Shown here: piece after piece, positions 45,267 through 55,097 of the stretch
How the letters are laid out: every line of letters starts with the position of its first letter
Position numbering within the stretch: position 1 is the stretch's first letter
Source: a virus
Taxonomy: Duplodnaviria; Caudoviricetes
Direction: 5' to 3' (one strand)
DNA length: 64,000 nt
Virus record (IMG/VR): IMGVR_UViG_3300046318_000318
The notes under the pieces: model-generated
Seen by the model: the letters and a program-made list of their open reading frames with translations, nothing else
Databases searched by the model: none
What the model was told of the DNA's origin: nothing
Made by a program: the position numbers and the translations under genes

Positions 45267-46813
45267 AACCAGTTCCTTTCGCCCAACTCAATGAGCAGTT
45301 TTGCAAGATCTGACCTTATGTCAGGTTTAATAACAAACACCCTACTCGTATTGCCAAGAGTTTCTCTCAGCCAACGATCTTCTGCTGTAGGTACCCAGCT
45401 GTGAGACACAAGGTCTGCAACAACTTGATCAACAGCTTCCAGGGCGTAGTTGGATACTTTGCCTGTAGACACACGACCGATAGGTTTGCTGAAAGGATAC
45501 AACAGCTCAATCTTATCGGAAAGTTCTTTAGGGATTCTGTCCTTAGAACTTTGTGGTGCCAATACGTATTCATCGTTGGAGTATCTTGGATAAGACGTAA
45601 CCAACAAAGATAAATACTTGTGTCCTCGTGCCCACAAGACACTTTGAAGAACACCAAGCAGTTGTATAATGATATCTCGATTCAAGTACGAGATACCTCT
45701 TGGTGAGATCACAGGTTTCATGACCCATGATAACAACAGCACTTGCACATCAGTGACCTGATGCGGTTGTAACAATTGACAAGTCCTCTGTGCTGAATTA
45801 AAAATGTCTTCTGACATCAGGGACGTTAGTCGAGTAGCTACATACGGCAGATCTTCTACCGAGTATTCCAACTCTACCACCTCACCCAACGACAAGTTGG
45901 TTTTCATTCGGTAGCGCTCAAGCACAGTTCCTTTGTTCTCACGACCGATGTCGTCCAGTTTGTTCTTCTGGATTCTATTGGCATGATCCGCATCAGGACT
46001 GCGAATACGCTGCATCAAGAACTTGTACAAATATTTGACAATATCTTGTTTGGGGTCTTTTGGATTGTTACCAGAGATATCTCCGATACAGAGCTTCTTG
46101 ACCACAGTCAAAGACAACAGCCACTGAGGATAGTCTTCAGTAGACAACACATTCATCAACTTCTCACTGTCGTCTTTTGACTGATTCATGAGGTTTGAAA
46201 TATATGTTCTCAGCTTCTGTACTGCCAGAGAGTTGTTGATCTCTGAATACTTCAGCAGCATGTATGCATGGAACTCTTTGTAGTAGTTACCATACGACCT
46301 GCGTGTTGAAGAGATATACTCACCCCAGATAGGGATCATGGACCTCAGAGCTAAGGACAAAGCCACCAGCTCCAGATAGTCTGACCTTGTGTAAGTCTTT
46401 TCTCTTGTAGAGTTGTTATCCATGTTAGGTACATACTCAGGCAAGAATGTCTGAGGTACCATCACACCAGAACTAAAAGACAACCACATCTGTACTTCAG
46501 ACAGCTTATGGTAAGACAACAGCTCAGCTACTGCCTTAGAGAGATTTTCATTCATATCACCCACGGTGTAGGATGAATTAATGATCTCCCTTACATTCTC
46601 ATACACCTGAAAGATCCCGTCTTGAACAGGATCGTCCAGTTGCGACCAATAAAAGTTCAGATAATGGAAGACGTCATTGCTGAGTCCGTCATCGTCACCT
46701 TCCTCGATCATGGCACCTTTTCCAAATACGGATACTTGGAATTCTACCACTTTACCCTTGTGCTCAATAATAGCTTTTGGCGATTGTTGAGCTATGCTTG
46801 TAGTTATCCTCAT
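45263..46813 (-). CDS. Non-virion RNAP fifth (sigma-like) subunit (phiKZ gp68-like)
   Basis: 516 aa; TYTRSDYLELVALSLALRSMIPIWGEYI and WVMKPVISPRGI; synteny. Confidence 0.85.
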   Translation of the reverse strand: MRITTSIAQQSPKAIIEHKGKVVEFQVSVFGKGAMIEEGDDDGLSNDVFHYLNFYWSQLDDPVQDGIFQVYENVREIINSSYTVGDMNENLSKAVAELLSYHKLSEVQMWLSFSSGVMVPQTFLPEYVPNMDNNSTREKTYTRSDYLELVALSLALRSMIPIWGEYISSTRRSYGNYYKEFHAYMLLKYSEINNSLAVQKLRTYISNLMNQSKDDSEKLMNVLSTEDYPQWLLSLTVVKKLCIGDISGNNPKDPKQDIVKYLYKFLMQRIRSPDADHANRIQKNKLDDIGRENKGTVLERYRMKTNLSLGEVVELEYSVEDLPYVATRLTSLMSEDIFNSAQRTCQLLQPHQVTDVQVLLLSWVMKPVISPRGISYLNRDIIIQLLGVLQSVLWARGHKYLSLLVTSYPRYSNDEYVLAPQSSKDRIPKELSDKIELLYPFSKPIGRVSTGKVSNYALEAVDQVVADLVSHSWVPTAEDRWLRETLGNTSRVFVIKPDIRSDLAKLLIELGERNWL

Positions 46814-46852
46814 GTTGACACTTTCGTTAAAAGAATTTGAACCTAAGCTCAG

Positions 46853-46864
46853 ATAAAGTAAATG
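46853..46864 (-). promoter_or_regulatory. Candidate early/middle promoter motif (CATTTACTTTAT)
   Basis: 1 mismatch to the 12-mer upstream of chmA and beta'-N; 40 nt upstream of the gp68-like gene. Confidence 0.4.
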
Positions 46865-46877
46865 TTACTTAAAACAT

Positions 46878-46910
46878 CTAGACAGGCCCTTCGAAAGAGG
46901 GCCTGTCTAG
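46878..46910. terminator. Terminator hairpin
   Basis: ctagacaggccct-tcgaaag-agggcctgtctag after the 46913 stop. Confidence 0.75.
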
Positions 46911-46912
46911 TA

Positions 46913-47584
46913 TTAGAATGTCAAATCGTCAAAGTCCATGACTGGTTTAGCTGCTGCTTTTTGTTCGAAAGGTTTCTTAGCCTGGTAAGCACCAGGTGCA
47001 TTCTTATCGTAAGGCGGTTTATACACATTCACGTTCTGTGTATAGATGTTACGCAAAGCACGAATAGTAGCTGCTGCGTGTAGGCACGAAGCCTCTGATT
47101 CTGAAAGCTGTGTACCATCTGACCGATATACCTTGTGGAAATCAGACAACCGGAACGTAAACTTCAGCCTTGGGCGAGTCTCACTCTCGACAGAGATCAC
47201 AGACAACCAAGCCATACCTTGGTCATCCTTACCAAAGAAGAGTTTGGAGTTGGTGACCTTTGGTGCGTCCGGTGTCCGATCAGCTGGATTATCCGATCTT
47301 GGATAGGATAGCATGTCGATAGACATCTTCTTGTTGTTTTCCCCTTTGACGATTTCTTCAAAGAGATCTAGGAACAAGAAGAACGTCTCAGGATTCATAG
47401 GGGCTGTGATAGCCCCGCGTCCATCTTTATCACCAGGATCATTGGTCCAAATCGTGATCCTTGGGTTGCCATCACGAATAGCCCAAACCAACCTACTCCT
47501 TCGAGTAGCGTTGTTTGGATTGGGTGTAAACATCATGAACTTTGAGAGTTCATTAATTTTTGGTGGTTCTGATACGGTTGTCAT
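46913..47584 (-). CDS. chmC: Nucleus-associated RNA-binding protein ChmC (Whirly-like fold; phiKZ gp67-like)
   Basis: 223 aa; RLVWAIRDGNPRITIWTNDP; immediately upstream of the gp68-like gene; disordered C-terminal tail. Confidence 0.7.
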   Translation of the reverse strand: MTTVSEPPKINELSKFMMFTPNPNNATRRSRLVWAIRDGNPRITIWTNDPGDKDGRGAITAPMNPETFFLFLDLFEEIVKGENNKKMSIDMLSYPRSDNPADRTPDAPKVTNSKLFFGKDDQGMAWLSVISVESETRPRLKFTFRLSDFHKVYRSDGTQLSESEASCLHAAATIRALRNIYTQNVNVYKPPYDKNAPGAYQAKKPFEQKAAAKPVMDFDDLTF

Positions 47585-47635
47585 TGTGTTCCTAGTGGGT
47601 GGAGTTCATCATACATTATATACGAAAAATAATTT

Positions 47636-48493
47636 TTAGAGTTGAGCTAACATCCTAGCTACCATGGGTTCTGGAATGTCAGTGGATAAATCCATAACTA
47701 CTTTGGCTTTGGTCGTCATGGAAGTCCAACCTCTTTTAATAGATACATCGTAGACTTGTTGACGTATCTTAATAAGAGCAGGTTGAAACAGCACGCGATC
47801 ACCAAACACCATCAGAAGTTTACTCAGGAAAGGAAGATGTTTCATATCTCTTTCCCCAAGTGGGTAATACTTAGAATTCCATTCATATCTGGGTTTGAGT
47901 TTACCAGTATGACTTTCAAGTAAATCCAATCGACTGAGTTTCTCGTGTGAGAGCAGATCCCAAGGTACGTGGGATAAAATCAAAGCCCTCGTGCTATGAG
48001 GAGCTTTGATATAATCTTTGAACTTTTGAACATCTGGGCTGTCTTTGAATTTACCAAGCGTCTTTACAAGGATAGCTTTTTCATGTTTCTGAATGTCTGT
48101 TTTATCAGCTCTCAGTTCCACGATAGCTGACTTGGCTTTGGAAACAGCCTTGTCATACTCCATGATGTAAAAGACAGGAGTGGCAGTACCACCGCCTTCT
48201 ACTTTAAATAAACTTTGGATAAGTTCGATTTCTTGCTGGATAACTTCGGCAAAATCATCAGCCGTGGCTTGTAACTTAACTTCTTTATCTACAGACCCAA
48301 GTATGTTTCTGTAGAGTGTTGAAAGATTGACAAAACAGGAGTTGTAATTACTCAGTATGACCTGATTGGGTATTTCTCTTTCAGGATCATAAGGAGTCTG
48401 TCTTCCTGCAAAGACAGACTCAAAAGCCAGAGACGTACCTATGCTTAGTGGAAAAGCACTGATGTCTCTGTTAAATAAAGGGTTCATAGTCAC
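47636..48493 (-). CDS. PIN/5'-3' nuclease-like core protein (phiKZ gp66-like)
   Basis: 285 aa; FPLSIGTSLAFES, VNLSTLYRNILGS, LLESHTG. Confidence 0.65.
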   Translation of the reverse strand: MTMNPLFNRDISAFPLSIGTSLAFESVFAGRQTPYDPEREIPNQVILSNYNSCFVNLSTLYRNILGSVDKEVKLQATADDFAEVIQQEIELIQSLFKVEGGGTATPVFYIMEYDKAVSKAKSAIVELRADKTDIQKHEKAILVKTLGKFKDSPDVQKFKDYIKAPHSTRALILSHVPWDLLSHEKLSRLDLLESHTGKLKPRYEWNSKYYPLGERDMKHLPFLSKLLMVFGDRVLFQPALIKIRQQVYDVSIKRGWTSMTTKAKVVMDLSTDIPEPMVARMLAQL

Positions 48494-49641
48494 CTCATGT
48501 TGGTAAGTGTGTTGGTCATGATTGTGTTAAATATGGTCTGTTGAGCGGTGTTAAGACTATGCTTTTTTTGGATCTCGTCAAATAACAAAGTTGTTATGTT
48601 AGATCTTTCTATTTGCACAGAGCTGTACTCCATCCCCAATAAGTCATTGATATACTCATTATGAACAGCTTCTTCTTCATCCTCTAAGCTTTTTTTACTT
48701 AGGTGATAGAGAGGATACCTGAGTTTCAATTCCTCAAAGGCTTGATAAACACCGTGATCTTTACGGGCCTTAATTCTAATATATGAGTTTATAGGAATCT
48801 TTAAGAGCTGTTTGTCTATGGATTCTAAACATCTATCCACATCAGCTAACTTAAGAGTGATTGTTTTGAAGATCTTGGCTTTTTTATTCTCTAGAAAGAA
48901 GAACTTATTACCATCATCAGGATCCAATATCATCAACATAGCACCCTTGGGTTCTTCTTCCCCGTGAGTAAGTCTATCAAAAGAACCTTGAGCTAAGATT
49001 CTTTCGTATGTCGAGTGGGTGTGGATATGTCCTATATTGATAAAGTACTTGACTAACTCAAGATAAGATAACTCATCATGTTTACTGGTGGTCTTACCCA
49101 CACCAGGTAACTGATAGTTAAACAAACCATGCATGATAGCTATATCCACAGTTTTCAACTGCATCTCAGCCATCAAAGTCTTTACCTGATCTAAAGTTTC
49201 TTGTGTTGTGGCAGCCCATTCATCAGGCACATAAAGAACGTGTATGTCATGTTTCTCCATGTACTCTATAGAAAGAATGTCTATGTATTTGAAATCACCA
49301 GGTGTCTGCGATATCTTCCAAACAGTTTCTGCTTGAGACGATTGATTCCAATCATGACTGGGCGTACCTTTCAGGATCCTCAGTGAGATGTTCTCTCTAG
49401 AGCAAAATCTAGATAGTCTATCCAACCACAGTTTGATAAGGTGCGTATTCTCATCATCCATGTCTAGTAATCTGTCAAACAAATCACCAGCTATGAAGAT
49501 GATATCTAGTTTACAATGATCGCTTTTAGGGCTATAGTCTTCAAAGAAAGTATCTAGATTTGCAATAATTTCCTCTGTTGGGTTATTCTTACTACCCAGA
49601 TGTACATCACTGAGAACTAAATACCTTAAACGTTCAGTCAT
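48490..49641 (-). CDS. sbcD: SbcD/Mre11-like metallophosphoesterase nuclease (phiKZ gp65-like)
   Basis: SDVHLG, AGDLFD, GTPSHD, MHG, GHIH motifs. Confidence 0.9.
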   Translation of the reverse strand: MTERLRYLVLSDVHLGSKNNPTEEIIANLDTFFEDYSPKSDHCKLDIIFIAGDLFDRLLDMDDENTHLIKLWLDRLSRFCSRENISLRILKGTPSHDWNQSSQAETVWKISQTPGDFKYIDILSIEYMEKHDIHVLYVPDEWAATTQETLDQVKTLMAEMQLKTVDIAIMHGLFNYQLPGVGKTTSKHDELSYLELVKYFINIGHIHTHSTYERILAQGSFDRLTHGEEEPKGAMLMILDPDDGNKFFFLENKKAKIFKTITLKLADVDRCLESIDKQLLKIPINSYIRIKARKDHGVYQAFEELKLRYPLYHLSKKSLEDEEEAVHNEYINDLLGMEYSSVQIERSNITTLLFDEIQKKHSLNTAQQTIFNTIMTNTLTNMR

Positions 49642-50161
49642 AGATCAGATCGTCTTTGTCATCATTATTAGTTACAGATCCTGAGTTTTCAGTCTTTGAA
49701 CCTAAGTTATACCTAGTAAGGATGCCTTCCCAATCTTTTTGCGCCTGGGTTAAAGGCACTTCGGTATAACCATCAGACTTATGCTCAAGAGCTTTAGCTA
49801 AAAAGTTATTGGCTACTTGAGGTAGGTTGTTGTTATACAGCTCATACTGACTGAAGATCTCCCGCATGGTTTTACCTTGCAGCATAGTCACCATGCCTGT
49901 GTCATAAAGAGCAGGCACTCTGAACAATACTTCGTTGTTATTACCGATGACATCTACAGGTGCCATGGGGTTACCAGCCACACTTACCCATTCGGCAAAG
50001 ACAGGTTGCGAAACAGTCGGAGTTTTCTCACCGGAGAAATAAGGTAGGAAGTACTGTGAGAAGATCTTCTCTGGTAGTTTAGCGACAGGGGTTTCACTAA
50101 CCAAAGTTTTATAGCTTTGATCTATGTTGTTCTGCAATTCTTGTTTAACGTCTTTATCCAT
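49634..50161 (-). CDS. Conserved hypothetical protein (gp64-like by synteny)
   Basis: 175 aa; FLPYF...WVSVAGNPMAPVDV...LFRVPAL. Confidence 0.75.
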   Translation of the reverse strand: MDKDVKQELQNNIDQSYKTLVSETPVAKLPEKIFSQYFLPYFSGEKTPTVSQPVFAEWVSVAGNPMAPVDVIGNNNEVLFRVPALYDTGMVTMLQGKTMREIFSQYELYNNNLPQVANNFLAKALEHKSDGYTEVPLTQAQKDWEGILTRYNLGSKTENSGSVTNNDDKDDLIYD

Positions 50162-50165
50162 GTTG

Positions 50166-50573
50166 TCACCCGTTATTGATAGATATGATTTTGCTGATGG
50201 TTGTGTTGGTATACTCTACCATTTTACCTAAGGTATAAGTAGTACCTACTGTGTCTGTAAAGTTAATAAATAAACTTAAACTAACAGAACTGGAACCTGT
50301 TGCTGTAAGACTGTCATCTACTTCCACAACAACATTTTCAAAAAACTTACTGAAGTATTTAGCCAAAACAGATTCTAAAGACCTGATTGTAGCGGGTATG
50401 TCACCTTGGTTGGTATGGAGTATGTAAGAAAAAGAAGTTACACCTTCTGGAAAAGTGTAAGATTGACTGTGGTCAGAAGCAAAGAAATGTGAAAACAAAT
50501 AGTCTGCTGTTTTCAAACTGCCTGTGACCCAGCCGTCTGTGCTCAGACTAGGCATAGTGGCTGAAGAACTCAT
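50166..50573 (-). CDS. Conserved small protein (gp62-like by synteny)
   Basis: 135 aa; PSLSTDGWV...SQS; GAGG RBS. Confidence 0.75.
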   Translation of the reverse strand: MSSSATMPSLSTDGWVTGSLKTADYLFSHFFASDHSQSYTFPEGVTSFSYILHTNQGDIPATIRSLESVLAKYFSKFFENVVVEVDDSLTATGSSSVSLSLFINFTDTVGTTYTLGKMVEYTNTTISKIISINNG

Positions 50574-50622
50574 ACGGGCCTCTTAAAGGTAAAAGATCAT
50601 ACCATACTACCAGCCGGTGAAA

Positions 50623-50656
50623 AAAGAAATACCCAGCTTTGGCCGGGTATTTCTTT
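50623..50656. terminator. Terminator hairpin
   Basis: aaagaaatacccagc-ttt-ggccgggtatttcttt after the 50662 stop. Confidence 0.7.
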
Positions 50657-50661
50657 ATGTA

Positions 50662-51285
50662 TCACTCACCAAAGATATCGGTAGGGTCACGACCCTCAGC
50701 CAAGATCTGTTGGATCTTATCCCATGTCAACAATATATCGTGACGTTCTTCTGTTGAAAGATCTTGATGACCTTCAAATAGTTCATCACAATACTGTTTA
50801 GCCACCCACTCATACTTACCATCCACTTCAATGTCCTGGACCACACCATCCATCACCCTGCGGTAATAGTAGTGCTGATCATTACTTTGCTTAGGATCGA
50901 TATCGATATAAGTGTCGCTGTAGCCATTGACGAGTTGTCTATGGTACATGTTTCGAAGGTCCGGCTGTGCCATGATGTAGTTTTGCATCATGGGTGTAGC
51001 GCTTCTCATACCTTCGATGTCATCTATCTGGATAATGACGTTAGGTTGATATAACCCACCGGCATGTCTGATAGCAGCTTTAGCTATCCTGATAGCTGTG
51101 TTATCATGGATTCTTGCATACAACTCTTTAGCACCTTGCATAAATCTTTGACCAGTTTCAGTCAGCGCATTACTGAACGACTGCATTTGGTTTTGGAAAT
51201 ACTGCAAAGTGCTTGGAGATTGATTTGGGAATGCAAGGTAATCAAAAGCCAAAGGTGAAGCTTCGATCACATTGATTTGATACAT
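50662..51285 (-). CDS. Conserved core protein (gp59-like by position; possibly an import factor)
   Basis: Start moved to ATG 51285, which overlaps the beta'-N exon 3 stop (TAATG); MQNYIMAQP..R..Y.....GYSDTY, DPT. Confidence 0.65.
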   Translation of the reverse strand: MYQINVIEASPLAFDYLAFPNQSPSTLQYFQNQMQSFSNALTETGQRFMQGAKELYARIHDNTAIRIAKAAIRHAGGLYQPNVIIQIDDIEGMRSATPMMQNYIMAQPDLRNMYHRQLVNGYSDTYIDIDPKQSNDQHYYYRRVMDGVVQDIEVDGKYEWVAKQYCDELFEGHQDLSTEERHDILLTWDKIQQILAEGRDPTDIFGE

Positions 51286-51452
51286 TAACTCTCCAACCAA
51301 GATGAGATTGTTGCAATATTAGGCTTTGGGATACTTACGTTACCTGAAACCTGGAACGGCTTAGTCATCTGAAATATGTTAAACTCTGGTGAGAGAGGAT
51401 ACCACATATTAGACATCTTTTCGTCAAGTGAGATAGAGACATTGAGAGCGTC
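51285..51452 (-). CDS. rpoC: nvRNAP beta'-N subunit, exon 3 (DALNVSISLD...SWLES*; phiKZ gp56.1-like)
   Basis: Manual translation, 55 aa; supplies the last Asp of NADFDGD; not in the ORF track. Confidence 0.85.
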   Translation of the reverse strand, partial: DALNVSISLDEKMSNMWYPLSPEFNIFQMTKPFQVSGNVSIPKPNIATISSWLES

Positions 51453-51797
51453 CATAACTACCTCACTCTAGCTTTAACTAAGTTCGCTAAACTTATTGAT
51501 CTTGCTTAAGGATCCTGATACTTTCATATCAGATTAGACTATATCTTCATCTTTCGATGCTCTTCGTTTCCACTCGCTTGAGTGTACTCCCATGTGGGAT
51601 AGTCGTTGACCACACTCCATGTAAGTATATATGTCTATACTTAGTTAGGAGCTTCGGTGCGGATTGCCCAATCCTTGTATCTTTTACCATACCCAGATAG
51701 TTACTCTGGCCACTGCATATATTTCTATCGCAGTTTGGTGCACAAGGCTCTAAGGAGTTTCCCGCAATTAGAAGAGTTTAAACGACGGCAACACTCT
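51453..51797 (-). ncRNA. ORF-less group I intron (345 nt), second intron of beta'-N
   Basis: Follows GGT and ends in G; IGS GCCGUC pairs with exon GACGGU; P AATTGCGGGAAA, Q AATCCGCA, R GTCAACGACTA, S AAGATATAGTCT. Confidence 0.88.
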
Positions 51798-51818
51798 ACC
51801 GTCAAAATCAGCATTTGG
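51798..51818 (-). CDS. rpoC: nvRNAP beta'-N subunit, 21-nt micro-exon 2 (PNADFDG)
   Basis: CCA AAT GCT GAT TTT GAC GGT between the terminal G of intron 1 and the start of intron 2. Confidence 0.88.
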
Positions 51819-53809
51819 CTTATTGTCCAGTAAAGTCGCTCAGCTTCACAGCTTACCCTCTTTACCCGGTGCGCTTACACACCCACCTGTACTTTCATAC
51901 AGGAACAGATCATATCTTCATCCTTATTAAAGGATGCTCTCCGCTTCTTCCCTGCTTAGGGCTTTACTCGGTCGCAACTCCGATGATCGTTGAACTTTAC
52001 GCATGGTTGATAAGAATCAACTTTAGCGTCTTAGCTGCTGATTACCCAATTCTTATATTTTTCAAACTATCACGCTCATCGTTTCCGATCACGTTGTAGT
52101 ATATAAGACTCTAAAGGACTTCCCAGCAATTCAAAGAGATAACTTAGTCAATTACTCAACTAAGTGCCTTATCTCATCATTATTAAAATACAATGTCAAT
52201 CGCCACACACCGCCTATCAATGCTTTTCTTCTAGCTATTGTAGGGATATATTGTCTAGCATACCCAAATTGCTGACTAATATCTATAGGACTTGTTATAA
52301 TCCTAGTTTCGCCAGTTTCAACGTTTTCGATAAAATATCCGTTACCCCTAAAAGATCTTTTATCGAGACATAATTGTTTAAAGTACCTCAGCTCCTTATC
52401 GGTAAGATCTTTAAACTGTCCGTTGAAACTAAATTGCCAACCTTTAATCGGAATGTTCTTTAATCTTTTATTTTTAATAGATAGTTGAACACCCCATGAA
52501 ACACCAGTTATTTTCTCACAAGCTGCCAGCGATTCAAATTTACGTTCTTTGCGTGTGAATATATTTCTAGCAGTAACTGGTATTTTTATTTGTAAATCTT
52601 CTAAGGATGGTTTTTCCTGAGGCCATGGTCTTGCATCTAATTTTCGTTTGAAACATAATCCGTCTGAATAGATTTTAATATCGGAAGATCTAAGTCTGAC
52701 GGACACGGTTAGTTCAGAATATCCAAGTTTCAGAGAGCAATCCCTAGCACTTTTATATTCAGTCACCTCATCCGTGATTATGTTTTTAACAAGTATTGCT
52801 GAACCATACCTGAATTGATCGTACTCATTTTCTAAATTTTCATAATTTTTCCATTCTTTTAATTCAGATAGCCATTGAAACTGCATGTAATTTTCCCAAA
52901 GTTTACAACCGGGTTTTGTTTTTAACCGATGGTAAAGTAAATCATTACTCAAGCCTAATGCAATTGCGCATTGCGTCGGGTTATCATAAATAGTGATTTC
53001 ATTGGTTTTAACATTTCTAGTTATGACGTCTATGGTATACTTTTTCTCATTTTCAAGAATTCTATTTACTTTTTCATCAGATCTATCACAATTCGAATAA
53101 ATGACATTTCCTCTAGGTGTCACCCATTCTAAATTATCTAAGGTGTCAAAGCCAGGTATCTCATTTTTATGATTTACGTACAGCGATTCAACGTTTCTAG
53201 GATAATCTAGCCATGCTAAGCACATAGCTCTGTGTCTGAAAAATTTGTAAGATGTATTCTCATTAAGGGAAACATCAGGAATACCTGAATAGGAATGGTA
53301 ACCATCTCTATCACAAAAAGCTTTTTTATCCACACCAGTTATCAAATTTCTAACTTTTCCTTCCTTTGTTATACCATATCTTGTAAAACCAGGAATATAA
53401 GCATGATCTTTGTGTACTGGATGTGATAAACCAACTGGAAATTTCCAAATCAAGTTGCTAGGATGAGAGTTATTAAAATCACCGTCCTCGAACATCAAGT
53501 GTAATAAATGCACTTGACTTTCATGAACGTGAACGGGCTTAAAAGCCGAAGCTATGATAAACTCTATTGGATATAGACCAGGACCTCTTATCCAATCTAA
53601 GAAAATCAAAGTGCTTCCTGTTTCAGTTGAGATACACTCAATCTGAATGTTCTCTCGCGATATGACATCACCTTCTGAGTTAACAGAATAACGACCGTCA
53701 GACCAGGGTAGCGAAAGATAGTTTTGGGTTTGTAAATATTTACTAAGCATATATCCTTTCTATATAGAAAGGTATGCTAAACGGCGATTGACAATAATGA
53801 TAAGAATTA
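51819..53809 (-). mobile_element. Group I intron (1991 nt), first intron of beta'-N, carrying an HNH endonuclease
   Basis: Starts TAA after GCT and ends ...GGACAATAAG; P AATTGCTGGGAA, Q AATCAGCAG, R GTTCAACGATCA, S AAGATATGATCT. Confidence 0.88.
52152..53750 (-). CDS. Intron-encoded homing endonuclease: two HNH-like modules plus four NUMOD1/IENR-like repeats
   Basis: FRHRAMCLAW...VNHKNE.....LDNLEW; upstream degenerate EDGDFNNSHPSNLIW; repeated N..T.E...Y.S...C...LG units; AT-rich. Confidence 0.85.
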   Translation of the reverse strand: MLSKYLQTQNYLSLPWSDGRYSVNSEGDVISRENIQIECISTETGSTLIFLDWIRGPGLYPIEFIIASAFKPVHVHESQVHLLHLMFEDGDFNNSHPSNLIWKFPVGLSHPVHKDHAYIPGFTRYGITKEGKVRNLITGVDKKAFCDRDGYHSYSGIPDVSLNENTSYKFFRHRAMCLAWLDYPRNVESLYVNHKNEIPGFDTLDNLEWVTPRGNVIYSNCDRSDEKVNRILENEKKYTIDVITRNVKTNEITIYDNPTQCAIALGLSNDLLYHRLKTKPGCKLWENYMQFQWLSELKEWKNYENLENEYDQFRYGSAILVKNIITDEVTEYKSARDCSLKLGYSELTVSVRLRSSDIKIYSDGLCFKRKLDARPWPQEKPSLEDLQIKIPVTARNIFTRKERKFESLAACEKITGVSWGVQLSIKNKRLKNIPIKGWQFSFNGQFKDLTDKELRYFKQLCLDKRSFRGNGYFIENVETGETRIITSPIDISQQFGYARQYIPTIARRKALIGGVWRLTLYFNNDEIRHLVE

Positions 53810-55051
53810 AGCGCGCACTGTTAAAATGTGCATTCCAATAGTGAGGTCATTTGGGTTCTTTTTGAACTTAGTAATCTTCACTCGTTGAGCCGACCCCTGC
53901 AAAAGGCTCGGATTTCTTTGGAGACATACATACAAACCTTTATCAGGCGCTTCGTCTATCAGCTCCTGCATAAACCTTTCTAACAAGGGGTGGTGTTTGT
54001 TAGTATGTTTGTATAGGAAACCAATAGAGTCATTCAGACCCATGCCGTAACGCCGCAGCTTATTCAACATGTGGATACGGTAAGCTGTGGTGGCCATACA
54101 CCAAGGAGCTTCTATTTCATCATACTCTTTACCCGCTGTAATAGAGATGATAACTGCTCGGAATGAGAAGTTGGTTCTGGCTCCGAACATGTGTTTCCTG
54201 AAGTGACCGTGCTTATGAGCCATCAACAACAGGGTGTCGTTGTAGAAATCACAAAGCATGATCAAGGACTTAACTGTTCGGTTTTGCTTGGTCTTACTTG
54301 TCTGATCGTAAAAGTCTCTGTCAATAGACACCATCGTGTTGACAGCATTCACAGCCTTCATAATGGAAGGATCTGTGTATGTGCCTAGCGGTTGTGTATC
54401 AAAGATCAGGACTATCTTGTTCGGCAAAGGCAGATACTCACTGAAAATTATCTTACGATAGTCTTTTAGCAAGGATTGAAGATAGTCTATCCTCTCACTC
54501 TTAAGCTCGAACTTCTGAGTCTTAGGTGCAAACTCAGTCATGGAGAAGAGAGTATCCATGATGTAATCGAAATTAGTCACAAAGTAATTGTAACCGCGCT
54601 CGATATTGCACGTCATCAGTTTGGTCAGCACTTTGTCAGGTGTTTTAGCTGCTGTCGTATAGCTTGTGTTACAAAGCCATTCGATCACAGAGAACCCTGA
54701 TTTGGTAAACCTCTTGATGAGCATCATGAAAACCACAGGAGAAATAAGCTTCTCTACCCCTACTGGTTGTTTGAGCCAGATGACTGGTTCGATATCTGAC
54801 ACAACTGAAGCTTTAACTTCAGTGTGACAGACTGGACAGATAGTACTCTTAGAATATTCACCTTTGGTATGTCCACATTGACAACTGGGAATCAGACTGA
54901 TCTGATCACTAGAGAGATGTGTGGTAAGTTTCTCTTTGACAGCCTCACGTTCTTCAAGCGTAGAACACGCCATGTGGTTGATGAGGGTGGGGGTATGACG
55001 TAATGTATAAAACATCTCGTCGTAGTTAACCAGTTCTTGGATAACAGGCAT
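53810..55051 (-). CDS. rpoC: nvRNAP beta'-N subunit, exon 1 (phiKZ gp55-like)
   Basis: CQCG...CPVC Zn finger, GHFRKHMFGARTNFSFRAVI, QRNPSL; spliced product about 476 aa. Confidence 0.92.
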
Positions 55052-55097
55052 GAGTTTCCTTTATGGTTGGTTGATGATACATTCAGACAGCGGTCAC

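Noticed and set aside
53807-55051. beta'-N as a truncated gene or pseudogene lacking NADFDGD
   Set aside because: The TAA is the first intron triplet; splicing restores the motif
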